Source: Candidatus Abzuiibacterium crystallinum (GTDB taxonomy: Bacteria > Omnitrophota > Omnitrophia > Omnitrophales > Abzuiibacteriaceae). From it: a stretch of 64,000 bases of DNA. The stretch covers positions 9,478 through 73,477 of the forward strand of contig PCVY01000028.1 of assembly GCA_002787155.1 (NCBI GenBank), given 5' to 3'. The notes under the pieces were generated by a model, which saw only the letters and a list, made by a program, of their open reading frames with translations, was not told where the DNA came from and searched no databases. Position 1 is the first letter of the stretch; the number at the start of each line of letters is the position of its first letter. Below are positions 10,610-19,346 of the stretch, piece by piece. The position numbers and the translations under genes were made by a program.

Positions 10610-11365
10610 TCAGTAGACGTTAATGGCTTCACGTTGAGCATGCAACCCTGAACGAAACGAACTGCCTTCTTTAATGTAGTGACCAATAAATGCGCGCCGA
10701 AACCGATTCTGACTTTGGTTTAATTCTGACCCATGAACTAAGTTGCCATCCATAAAAACCACGGATCCTGCTTTTGCAGGCAAATAGACTTTTCGATAGC
10801 CTTTGGGAATGACGCAAGGCCGTCCTCTGTCATTAACAAAATTGGCTTCAGCGGGATGCGGCGTGCGGTACGCCTCTTCTTTAACCTCTAGGATAGGCTC
10901 CTGATGTGAACCAACATACGCATAAAGACACCCATTCTCCTGATCAGCATCATCCAAAGCGACCCAAGCGCCGCCAAAAACAAATTGCGCTGCCTGCACA
11001 TAAAAATTATCCTGATGCACATCACGTCCAAGTGCGCCTGGTTTTTTAAAATATAACATGCTTTGCAAAGCACAAATTTTCTGGCTCCGAAGCAAGCTTC
11101 CCATTGCGCTGACTATGAATGGATGTTTAAGTAAAGAAAAAAAGGCTGTATTTAGCCGATGAGGATTCATGATGGGAGCATATTCTTCACCACCTTCACA
11201 CTTTAGCGTATCCGCTTGACTTAAATAATGACGGCATTCATGACAACTTAAAGCTTGGTCCGCTACCAAAAAACCGTCCCGATGATAGTTTGTCACTTCT
11301 TGAGTCGTCAAGAGCCTTTGACGAGATTGCCCTTCAATCATTGATCGGCTTTCCCCGCCTCTCAT
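10610..11365 (-). CDS. PhyH-family Fe(II)/2-oxoglutarate dioxygenase
   Basis: HQD, WVALDDA..ENGCL, HGS..N and R motifs. Start uncertain (11365 or 11341). Confidence 0.85.
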   Translation of the reverse strand: MRGGESRSMIEGQSRQRLLTTQEVTNYHRDGFLVADQALSCHECRHYLSQADTLKCEGGEEYAPIMNPHRLNTAFFSLLKHPFIVSAMGSLLRSQKICALQSMLYFKKPGALGRDVHQDNFYVQAAQFVFGGAWVALDDADQENGCLYAYVGSHQEPILEVKEEAYRTPHPAEANFVNDRGRPCVIPKGYRKVYLPAKAGSVVFMDGNLVHGSELNQSQNRFRRAFIGHYIKEGSSFRSGLHAQREAINVY

Positions 11366-11369
11366 ATAT

Positions 11370-12356
11370 TTAAGCCTCGCCTGCCGAAATCCGTTCACGC
11401 CAATATTCAAGCAAATGATGCACGCTTTCTTTAAATTCGTACTTAGGTTTCCAGCCGGTCATTTTGGAAAATTTGGTCGTGTCAGGTATTTGAAGCGTCA
11501 CATCCGCCGGTCTTAAAAGCGCGGGGTCTACACGAGAAGGGATTGGTGAGCGACTCTCCTTTTTCAGCAAATCTAAGAATTCGCCCACCGAAATAGAAGT
11601 GGTACCGCCTATATTATACGCTTCGCCCGGTTCACAGTATTGCGTGGCAACCCAATATGCCTCCATTGCATCGCGGACATCGATCATGGTTCTAATCGAA
11701 TCCAAGTTACCGTGTACCAACTCTTTTTGTTTTCCCGTTTCAATCAAAGCCACTTGCCTGGCAAAGGATGTGGCAAAGAGATCGCGGCGTCTTGGATTGA
11801 AATAAGCGAACATGCGTGTGCGAATAATTTTCATCCCATAGCTTCGAAAATAACAAAACCCGAGTAAATCTTGGGCAACTTTGGAAACCGCATAAGGGCT
11901 CGAAGGTTTCATAGGCGCTTCTTCTTTAATCGGCACATCTTTAGGATCTACTTGTCCGTAAACTTCTGAAGTGCTGCATAACTGAATAATGGGGTCTATC
12001 TCGGCAGCGCGAATGGCTTCGAATAAATTAGAGGTGGCTAAAATATTATTACTTAAAACGGCATTGGGATTGTCAAATGAGGCGCGCACATTCGCGTAGG
12101 CAGCCAAATGGAAAATCACATCGGGTTTAACACGACGCATCACATTAAATACAGAGGCAAAATCGTTGAGATCGCATTCATAGGTTTTGATTTGAGAAGC
12201 AATGTTTGCTAGGTTGTTTTGAGCGGTTGTGCTGTGCCATCTTAAAATGCCATGCACTTCGGTGCCCTGGCAGTGTTGAATGATATGCTCGGCTAAATAA
12301 CTGCCGCCCGAACCCGCTATACCTGTAATGAGCGCTCGTTTAAAAGGACGTTTCAT
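11370..12356 (-). CDS. gmd: GDP-mannose (or GDP-heptose) 4,6-dehydratase-like
   Basis: ALITGIAGSGGSYLAE, STSEVYG, SPYAVSK, GNLDSIR and LRPADV motifs. Confidence 0.78.
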   Translation of the reverse strand: MKRPFKRALITGIAGSGGSYLAEHIIQHCQGTEVHGILRWHSTTAQNNLANIASQIKTYECDLNDFASVFNVMRRVKPDVIFHLAAYANVRASFDNPNAVLSNNILATSNLFEAIRAAEIDPIIQLCSTSEVYGQVDPKDVPIKEEAPMKPSSPYAVSKVAQDLLGFCYFRSYGMKIIRTRMFAYFNPRRRDLFATSFARQVALIETGKQKELVHGNLDSIRTMIDVRDAMEAYWVATQYCEPGEAYNIGGTTSISVGEFLDLLKKESRSPIPSRVDPALLRPADVTLQIPDTTKFSKMTGWKPKYEFKESVHHLLEYWRERISAGEA

Positions 12357-13366
12357 TACGAAACCGGCTTTTTATCTAAGAATACATTGTAAGTTTTTAT
12401 GAATTTTCCATTCGTTGCCTTATACCAATCCATTACATCTCGAATCCCCTCCTCAACCGAAATGGAAGGTTTGAAGCCCAATGCTTTTAGTCTTGAAATA
12501 TCCATCACGCGTCTTAGATCGCCTTTCGGTTTTGATGTATCCCATTCTATTTCAAGCGGACGCCCATAACAGCGTTTAATGATCTCTGTTAATTCTTTAA
12601 TTGAAATACCCTGACCGCTCCCTATATTGATTGGTTGGGTTGCTTGCTTTTCAACCACCAGCAGCATAGCTCGCGCAACATCTTTGGCGTGAATAAAATC
12701 TCGCATCGGGGACCCATCCCCCCAGACGCAAAGCGGATTCTCGCCTTCCATCGTTCTTTTAATGAGCGAAGGAATCACCATGGCATTCACCGGATCAAAA
12801 TTATCATGCGGGCCATACACATTGGCTGGACGAACAATTGAACACCGATTCCAACCATATTCAATTTTATACGCTTCAGCCTGCAATTCTCCCATCCGTT
12901 TCGCCCATCCGGCAAATCGGTCGTTTTCTGAAGGAAATGTCTTCCACACATCATCTTCATGGAACACTTCAGCTGGCGCGTAAACACCTATTGTGCTCGT
13001 ATAGAGATACCACTTCACATTGGCCTGCCGCGCCGCTTCCATCATGTTTGTATTAAATAACAAAATCGGGACCAAAAAACTAGCCGGGCGCTTTCCAGTC
13101 ACACCGGGTGAACCTTTAACACCCACTAGATGAAAAACGTAATCCATTCCTTTGCAAACTTCAGCGCATTGATCAAATTTGGTTAAGTTAACACGGCAAA
13201 ATTCAACCTTGGGGTGTGCCAGCGAAGGATCATCCAAAGAAACGACTTTTACCTTTGCGCCGGCATTAACCAAAAGTTCCACCAATTGACGTCCGATCAA
13301 TCCCGTTCCACCCGTCACAAGTACTCTTTGATTCTTAAACATTGATACCATTCTTTCTTGAACCAA
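12356..13366 (-). CDS. GDP-fucose-synthase-like extended SDR with atypical active site
   Basis: TGGTGLIG, PANVYGPHDNF and VWGDGSPMRDFIH motifs; AGWAK replaces YxxxK. Confidence 0.8.
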   Translation of the reverse strand: MVQERMVSMFKNQRVLVTGGTGLIGRQLVELLVNAGAKVKVVSLDDPSLAHPKVEFCRVNLTKFDQCAEVCKGMDYVFHLVGVKGSPGVTGKRPASFLVPILLFNTNMMEAARQANVKWYLYTSTIGVYAPAEVFHEDDVWKTFPSENDRFAGWAKRMGELQAEAYKIEYGWNRCSIVRPANVYGPHDNFDPVNAMVIPSLIKRTMEGENPLCVWGDGSPMRDFIHAKDVARAMLLVVEKQATQPINIGSGQGISIKELTEIIKRCYGRPLEIEWDTSKPKGDLRRVMDISRLKALGFKPSISVEEGIRDVMDWYKATNGKFIKTYNVFLDKKPVS

Positions 13367-14407
13367 CTAAAAAGGTCCTTTAAATTTCTCTTCCCAAGAA
13401 TAAAAAACTTCTTTGGATAAATCGGTTTCTTTTAAGTCTAGCATTTTTTCGGCTAATCGAACAATCTGACGGGCCGAAGGATAAAAAAGATTTTCAAGCG
13501 GCCGGGTCGTCGGACAAGGCGTTTGAGCAAATCCAAGACGCTCGACCGGCTTTTTCAGTTCTTTAAAACAAGCTTTGGAAATTTGTGCGGCGAGCTCGGC
13601 GCCAAAACCGCAAAAAACCCAGTCGTAATCGGCAATCATCGCAAGTCCGGTGCGCTTGACAGATTCGATCATAGGATTAATATCCAGCGGCACCAAAGAG
13701 CGTACATCTATCACTTCCAATGCAACATCCCGCCTTTTTAAAATTTCGGCTGCTTTCAGCGCTTCCACATTCATCCATGAGGTACAGATCACCGTCAGGC
13801 TGTTTCCTTTTAATCTGACTTCTGATTTACCGAGTTGATCCGTTCGATTAAAATCCACGGTATCAACAGCATCGTATAACCACCGATGCTCTAAGAAAAT
13901 AACCGGATTGTCATCTTGGATAGCGGCTCTCAATAAGCCATAAGCATTTTGCGGCGTTGTCGGCATCACAACTTTTAATCCGGGGACGTGGGCAAAAAAA
14001 CTTTGAAGCGATTTGCTGTGTTGAGCCCCTTGCCCCCAACCACGCCCAAGGATACCTCTGATCACAAGCGGCACCTTCACCTTTCCGCCTGTCACATAAC
14101 GCATGTTCGACACCATGTTAACAATTTGATTCATCGCCAACATCATAAAATCAACGCGAATGTGCGTATGAACCGGTCTTAAACCAGACATAGCGGCGCC
14201 CAAAGCAACACCGGTCATCGCATCTTCGGATAACGGTGTGCCAAAACATCTTTTCTTTCCGAACGTTTCAACCAAGCCAACCGTGCTGCCGAATATCCGC
14301 TTATGGTCAGGCACATCGAGCCCGTATACAAAGACTCTGTTATCAGCTTTCATTTCATCACGCAAAGCGCGATTAATCGCATCTCGAAAAGCAATTCGCT
14401 CACTCAC
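13367..14407 (-). CDS. TPP-dependent dehydrogenase E1 beta-like subunit
   Basis: TPLSEDAMTG, GAQHSKS, DDNPVIFLEH and EVIDVRSLVPLD motifs. Confidence 0.9.
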   Translation of the reverse strand: MSERIAFRDAINRALRDEMKADNRVFVYGLDVPDHKRIFGSTVGLVETFGKKRCFGTPLSEDAMTGVALGAAMSGLRPVHTHIRVDFMMLAMNQIVNMVSNMRYVTGGKVKVPLVIRGILGRGWGQGAQHSKSLQSFFAHVPGLKVVMPTTPQNAYGLLRAAIQDDNPVIFLEHRWLYDAVDTVDFNRTDQLGKSEVRLKGNSLTVICTSWMNVEALKAAEILKRRDVALEVIDVRSLVPLDINPMIESVKRTGLAMIADYDWVFCGFGAELAAQISKACFKELKKPVERLGFAQTPCPTTRPLENLFYPSARQIVRLAEKMLDLKETDLSKEVFYSWEEKFKGPF

Positions 14408-14414
14408 GATTCAC

Positions 14415-15614
14415 CTATGAAAGCGGTATTTGGTTGAGTAGTTGACATAGTTTAGAAATTCTTTCCTCACTCAATGAAGGATAATTTCCAATGTAAAACC
14501 CAAAAAAGTGGACATGTTCAACATTCGGGAAATCTTTGTAGTTGATTTTTTTTAGGTACGGCTTCAGATAAGGCTGCCTCAATTGATTACCGCCCCCCGA
14601 AGTTCCGCGTCTAAATTCAACCCCACTATCCTTTAATGTTTCCATGACACGTTCACAGAAAGCATGATTGGGTTCTTTTAAAACCAGTGTAAAAGCATAA
14701 TTACTGCATCCCTCTAATTCAAAATCGACAAAGTACCGCTTTGGATCAAGATTGGCTAAAAAAAATGCTAAATTCCGATTACGCAACTTAATTTCTTCAT
14801 CTAATCGCTTGAGATGCGACAACCCCATCACGGCATTGAGTTCCGTACTTCGAATATTAAAACCGGGGTAAGCAAAAATAAATTCCGGGTTCAGATCGGA
14901 ATATTCTGATTCATATTGACGTTTCAAATCTGAATCGGTTGATTCCCGCACCAGACCATGAGAACGCAACATTCGAACTGTTTCGTAAATCGCTTTATTA
15001 TTTGTTGAAACCATCCCACCTTCAATCGTGGTTAAATGATGTGCATAATAAAATGAAAAATTTGAAACCAAACCAAAAGTGCCTAGTTTTTTGGTGCAAT
15101 GAGTTGCGCCATAAGACTCACAAACATCTTCAACTAAAGGAATGTTTTTTTCGGCCAGGAAAGCAAGCAGCGAATCTGTGAGAGCGTTATAACCCAGGAT
15201 GTGCGTCAAAAAAACTGCTTTTGTTTTCTTGGTCACCTTCTTTTTAATTTGGTTTTCATCCATTCCCAATGTTCGAGGATTAATATCCACAAAAATAGGA
15301 TCAAAACCAAGTCGAATCACTGCTGTAATATCCGAGACCCATGTCAATGTCGGCACCAAAACCTCGCCCGTTCCATGCAAAGCTTGAAAAGCAGCAAGCG
15401 TCACCAGGTTAGCCGAAGAGCCTGAATTAACAAATACGCTGTGCTTGACTCCGAGCCACCGTGACCACGCCTCTTCGAATGCTAATACATTGCGCGATTG
15501 TGTGAGAATGTTGTCTTCTTTTAGGAAATCTATGAGCTCTTGGCGATCGCCGGCGGTAATATTGTTATGCATCAAAGGCCAATGAAGTTTGTTATTCATT
15601 GTTTTTCCGCTCAT
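14415..15614 (-). CDS. DegT-family PLP enzyme, ColD/E1-type NDP-4-keto-6-deoxysugar 3-dehydratase
   Basis: VNSGSSAN and EDVCES motifs. FSFYYAHHLTTIEGG has His at the position of the usual Lys, as in ColD/RfbH. Confidence 0.8.
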   Translation of the reverse strand: MSGKTMNNKLHWPLMHNNITAGDRQELIDFLKEDNILTQSRNVLAFEEAWSRWLGVKHSVFVNSGSSANLVTLAAFQALHGTGEVLVPTLTWVSDITAVIRLGFDPIFVDINPRTLGMDENQIKKKVTKKTKAVFLTHILGYNALTDSLLAFLAEKNIPLVEDVCESYGATHCTKKLGTFGLVSNFSFYYAHHLTTIEGGMVSTNNKAIYETVRMLRSHGLVRESTDSDLKRQYESEYSDLNPEFIFAYPGFNIRSTELNAVMGLSHLKRLDEEIKLRNRNLAFFLANLDPKRYFVDFELEGCSNYAFTLVLKEPNHAFCERVMETLKDSGVEFRRGTSGGGNQLRQPYLKPYLKKINYKDFPNVEHVHFFGFYIGNYPSLSEERISKLCQLLNQIPLS

Positions 15615-16579
15615 ATCGTGCTGAAAATATGGTTGTATAATTCTTGAGATGACGGGAATGGTGCTTGTTTGGCTTTTAAAATACTTTTTTCAATTCTCTC
15701 TTTTAAGCGGGATTGAATCCCTTCGAGTGATTGCTTTTTAATCCCTTTACGAAGACAAATTTTCTCAATTTGATAACAAGGATCATACAACTTCGCTTGC
15801 TGAGAAGTCGGCTTCTTTCGATAACCAAACTTAAAATCCTCGTTAACCCCTACATGTTCCAGAAACCGATAATATTTCAGACAAAGAAAAGCGGGCTGCG
15901 CCTTCTTTTTCATTTGTTGGATTAACTTTGAGGTTTTTTGATATGCGACATCAGCGCGCGACCCATCTCCTTCGTCGTAATAACAACGAAACCCTTTGAC
16001 CGCATCACGGAATGATCGAAACCCCCTTCTGGCTTTGCCTGGCGTGTGAATAGCGAGATCGTTGTCTTCACAAACAAACAAAATACGCAAGCCGCGCAAA
16101 CTGGCAAAATTCAAGCTTTCCCAAAACACACCTTCTTCAATTGCCCCGTCTCCAAAAAAAACAGCAACCATGCCCCCCTTTTTTTCATACTGGTTGGCAA
16201 AAGCAGCGCCCACCGCTACCGGAATGGTCGTCCCAACAACGGCAGAGGTGGCCATCAATTGATGCTCAGGCGAAGTCAAATGCATCGAACCCGCCTTCCC
16301 CATTGCCGGTCCTGTTTGTTTTCCATGCAATTCCGCAAAAAAACCATCCGGCTCTTGAGTGGCCATCAGATAAAGGCCGTGGTTTCGGTAAGTGCCAAAT
16401 ATTTTTGATTGCGGCGGAAGCGCGCTCATGACTCCGGCTGCAATGGCTTCCTGCCCGATACACAGATGGACGGGTGTTTTCATTTCATCTTGAGAATAAT
16501 GTGCCTGAATCGCTTCTTCGCAAAAGCGGATCAAGAAGATTTGTTCGTAACATTGACGAGCTAAGCTAGGCGTGAACAC
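15611..16579 (-). CDS. TPP-dependent dehydrogenase E1 alpha-like subunit
   Basis: HLCIGQEA, GKAGSMH and the TPP motif FGDGAIEEG...EDN. Confidence 0.9.
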   Translation of the reverse strand: MFTPSLARQCYEQIFLIRFCEEAIQAHYSQDEMKTPVHLCIGQEAIAAGVMSALPPQSKIFGTYRNHGLYLMATQEPDGFFAELHGKQTGPAMGKAGSMHLTSPEHQLMATSAVVGTTIPVAVGAAFANQYEKKGGMVAVFFGDGAIEEGVFWESLNFASLRGLRILFVCEDNDLAIHTPGKARRGFRSFRDAVKGFRCYYDEGDGSRADVAYQKTSKLIQQMKKKAQPAFLCLKYYRFLEHVGVNEDFKFGYRKKPTSQQAKLYDPCYQIEKICLRKGIKKQSLEGIQSRLKERIEKSILKAKQAPFPSSQELYNHIFSTI

Positions 16580-16580
16580 G

Positions 16581-17588
16581 TTAGGTCACATTCTGAAAAT
16601 CATCCGGTTCGTACACCACAATTTTACTTCCGTGCAAATCAAAATTAAAAGAGACATGGACTAATTTCTTTAGTTTTTCTCGGACAGCTTTTTGAAGCTC
16701 CGGCTTGACGAAGAGTAAAATAAACCCACCCCCGCCAGCGCCTAGAATCTTACCTCCCGTAGCGCCAGCAGAAAGCGCTGCTTGATAAATTTCATCAATT
16801 TGCGGTGTGGTAATTTTGTCCGAGAGTTTACGCTTAAATTGCCAAGATTCATGTAATAATTTGCCGAATTGCTCAACAGGCGTTTTTTGATCCTGTAGAA
16901 TATGAATGGCTTCATCCACCATTTCCGACATGTGCTTAAGTTCTGCTTGGCGCTCATTCATATTTTTAATCACTTCAGATGCAATTTTGAAAGCAAAGCG
17001 AGAAAATCCGGTAAAAAAAAGCATGAGATGATCTTTCAAGTCTGACATTCGGTCTTTCGGCAAAATAAGAGGATGCACACCGAATGAATCGTCCCGGTTA
17101 AACTCGATTAAATTAACGCCGCCATAAGATGCCAAAATCTGGTCTTGGGAGCCCACCGCTTCTTTAATGACGTTTTGTTCAACATGAACGGCGCTTCGCG
17201 CCAGCTCCTGTTTATCGATCATGGCGCCCTGAAGAGCTTTAATCGCATGGATAAGACCTACTGTAAAAGCTGAACTGGAACCTAGGCCTGATCTGGCCGG
17301 CAAATCGCCATCGTGATGAATTTCTAGGCCTTTTTGCATATTCATCCATGACAAAACAGCTTTAACTGCGGGATGTTTTATTTCTGAAATTTGATTCACA
17401 TACTCAATTTGCGAATAGACAATTCGGTGTTTATATTCAAAGAAAGGAGGTAAGAAACGACAAGTGATATAACAATATCGATCGATAGCAGTCGCTAACA
17501 CCCTACCGCCATGTTGACGGTACCAGGCAGGATAATCAGTACCACCGCCAAAAAATGAGATCCTAAAAGGCGTTCTGCTAATAATCAT
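16581..17588 (-). CDS. hddA: GHMP kinase, HddA-like (heptose-7-phosphate kinase)
   Basis: RTPFRISFFGGGTD, PARSGLGSS, GSQDQ and GAGGGGF motifs. Confidence 0.82.
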   Translation of the reverse strand: MIISRTPFRISFFGGGTDYPAWYRQHGGRVLATAIDRYCYITCRFLPPFFEYKHRIVYSQIEYVNQISEIKHPAVKAVLSWMNMQKGLEIHHDGDLPARSGLGSSSAFTVGLIHAIKALQGAMIDKQELARSAVHVEQNVIKEAVGSQDQILASYGGVNLIEFNRDDSFGVHPLILPKDRMSDLKDHLMLFFTGFSRFAFKIASEVIKNMNERQAELKHMSEMVDEAIHILQDQKTPVEQFGKLLHESWQFKRKLSDKITTPQIDEIYQAALSAGATGGKILGAGGGGFILLFVKPELQKAVREKLKKLVHVSFNFDLHGSKIVVYEPDDFQNVT

Positions 17589-17759
17589 TCAGGGTGTCTG
17601 TCAATAAAAGACATTACAATTTGCGCATCTATCAGCTTATGTTATAGTATAACGTATAGAGGCGATATTCAATTGATTGTTTCCTAAATAAACGGCATTA
17701 TTTAGCTGATAATTAACCTGATAATCACATGCCTGCCAATTGACAATAAATCACAATCT

Positions 17760-19340
17760 GTGCTAAGCCAAAATAGAGATAAAACCACATTTGCGCTGCT
17801 TTCGATCATTTTGCTAAGCAACGCCATTTTTCTCTTCCGGCACGCCTCCCATTATTTTGATGTCTACGAGATGGGGGCTTTGATGGACGCCGGATGGCGC
17901 ATCCTCAAAGGGCAGTTGCCTTATCTTGATTTCCAGTGTTCGTCAGGACCTGTTCATCTTTATTTAATCACTCTCTTCTACCGGATATTTGGCATTGGCA
18001 AAAATGCCATGCTTGTCTTTCTAATTGTGTCACATTCTGCCGCTATTTTACTAACTTATGCCATGGCACGTCGATATTGCCCCAAAGCCATTGCCTTTTT
18101 AACTTCTCTCCTGACAACCGTTTGTTTTTATTGGACGATCTCTCATCCTTGGCCAGATCAAACCGCGCACCTATTTGGTTTGGGAGGTGTATGCCTTCTC
18201 ATATATCAAACTCCCTTTTCTTCAAAAAGTTCTGCTTTTAAAAATGGCTTGCTTTGCGGTTTCTTTTTCATTTTATCGATGGCAACCAAAAGCAATGTAG
18301 GCCTTGCTTACGGATTAACATTTGTATTTTTCTTTCTTTCTGTCGAGGGACGCTTGCAGGGACTCCTAGGACTTCTTCTGGGAACTTTGTTGGGCGGCGC
18401 CATCATGTTATTGGTGATTCGAGACCCGGTTGCTTATTACAACCAAGCATTTGCGGCTTTCTACACCGGAGAGCTGGCGAGTCGGCGTTTGATTTCATTT
18501 TTAATCTTGTTTACTTATTTCGTCGAGTGGTATTGGCTGATCGGCATCATCACTTTAGCCGTCATCGAGAAAAATATTAAAACACATCAACCGTGGGTAA
18601 TGCTTTTTATTTGTTTCTACGGCATCATGATTTTTACACGCTTCAGCAGTACTATCAGACCAGAAGCTAATATCCCGCTTTCTGGCGTCTTCTTGGCCAT
18701 GGCTTTTAGCTTGTTATTTAAGGATCGAGAAAATCACACGTCAACACTTGGGAAAATTGTTTTTAAAAGCGCCATCGTCATGATGGTTTTCTTCTCCGGT
18801 TTACTCATTGCGTCATCGGCCAAGAGAGGACTTGCTCTAAACGCCTGGGCTGACGGTGGAATTGATTCTTTTAATCACTACACCATGGCTTCTCGCGGCG
18901 TAGCAGGATGGCAAACGAGTCATCAAACCGGCGAAGCCGTTGACGCCTTGACTCAACTAATCAAAACCTATGTGCCCGCCAATGATTCTTTGCTGGTCTT
19001 AAGCGACCTGCCGATCCTTTATCTTTTAACGAACCATGAAAGCTACGAAGGAATTCCGGTTGCTTTGCGTGTTAATGAAGAACCGCCTCCCGGAGAACCT
19101 TCTCAAAAAATATCGCAGTACGTTCAAACGCACACGCCGGATTGGATTGTGACGCACAAGTCAGAACCAAGCACACCGCGGGTAACTGACATCATCCCTT
19201 ACTTGGGTTTAACCGATATGATTAACGAACATTACATGATTGCGGCACAGCATGAAAATTATGTTTTATTAGTTCACCGGAAGCGGCTAACTGAATTAAC
19301 ACCAACCATTGTTCAGCTACATCAACTAACGGGCGTTTAA
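17760..19340 (+). CDS. Multi-TM membrane protein, GT-C-like (paralog 1)
   Basis: MDAGWRILKGQLPYLDF motif, many TMs and a soluble C-terminal domain ending PDWIVTH. Confidence 0.62.
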   Translation: MLSQNRDKTTFALLSIILLSNAIFLFRHASHYFDVYEMGALMDAGWRILKGQLPYLDFQCSSGPVHLYLITLFYRIFGIGKNAMLVFLIVSHSAAILLTYAMARRYCPKAIAFLTSLLTTVCFYWTISHPWPDQTAHLFGLGGVCLLIYQTPFSSKSSAFKNGLLCGFFFILSMATKSNVGLAYGLTFVFFFLSVEGRLQGLLGLLLGTLLGGAIMLLVIRDPVAYYNQAFAAFYTGELASRRLISFLILFTYFVEWYWLIGIITLAVIEKNIKTHQPWVMLFICFYGIMIFTRFSSTIRPEANIPLSGVFLAMAFSLLFKDRENHTSTLGKIVFKSAIVMMVFFSGLLIASSAKRGLALNAWADGGIDSFNHYTMASRGVAGWQTSHQTGEAVDALTQLIKTYVPANDSLLVLSDLPILYLLTNHESYEGIPVALRVNEEPPPGEPSQKISQYVQTHTPDWIVTHKSEPSTPRVTDIIPYLGLTDMINEHYMIAAQHENYVLLVHRKRLTELTPTIVQLHQLTGV

Positions 19341-19346
19341 ACAAAG

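Noticed and set aside
13367-16579. Housekeeping pyruvate dehydrogenase (pdhA/pdhB)
   Set aside because: No E2/E3 genes nearby, and the subunits are interleaved with nucleotide-sugar genes.
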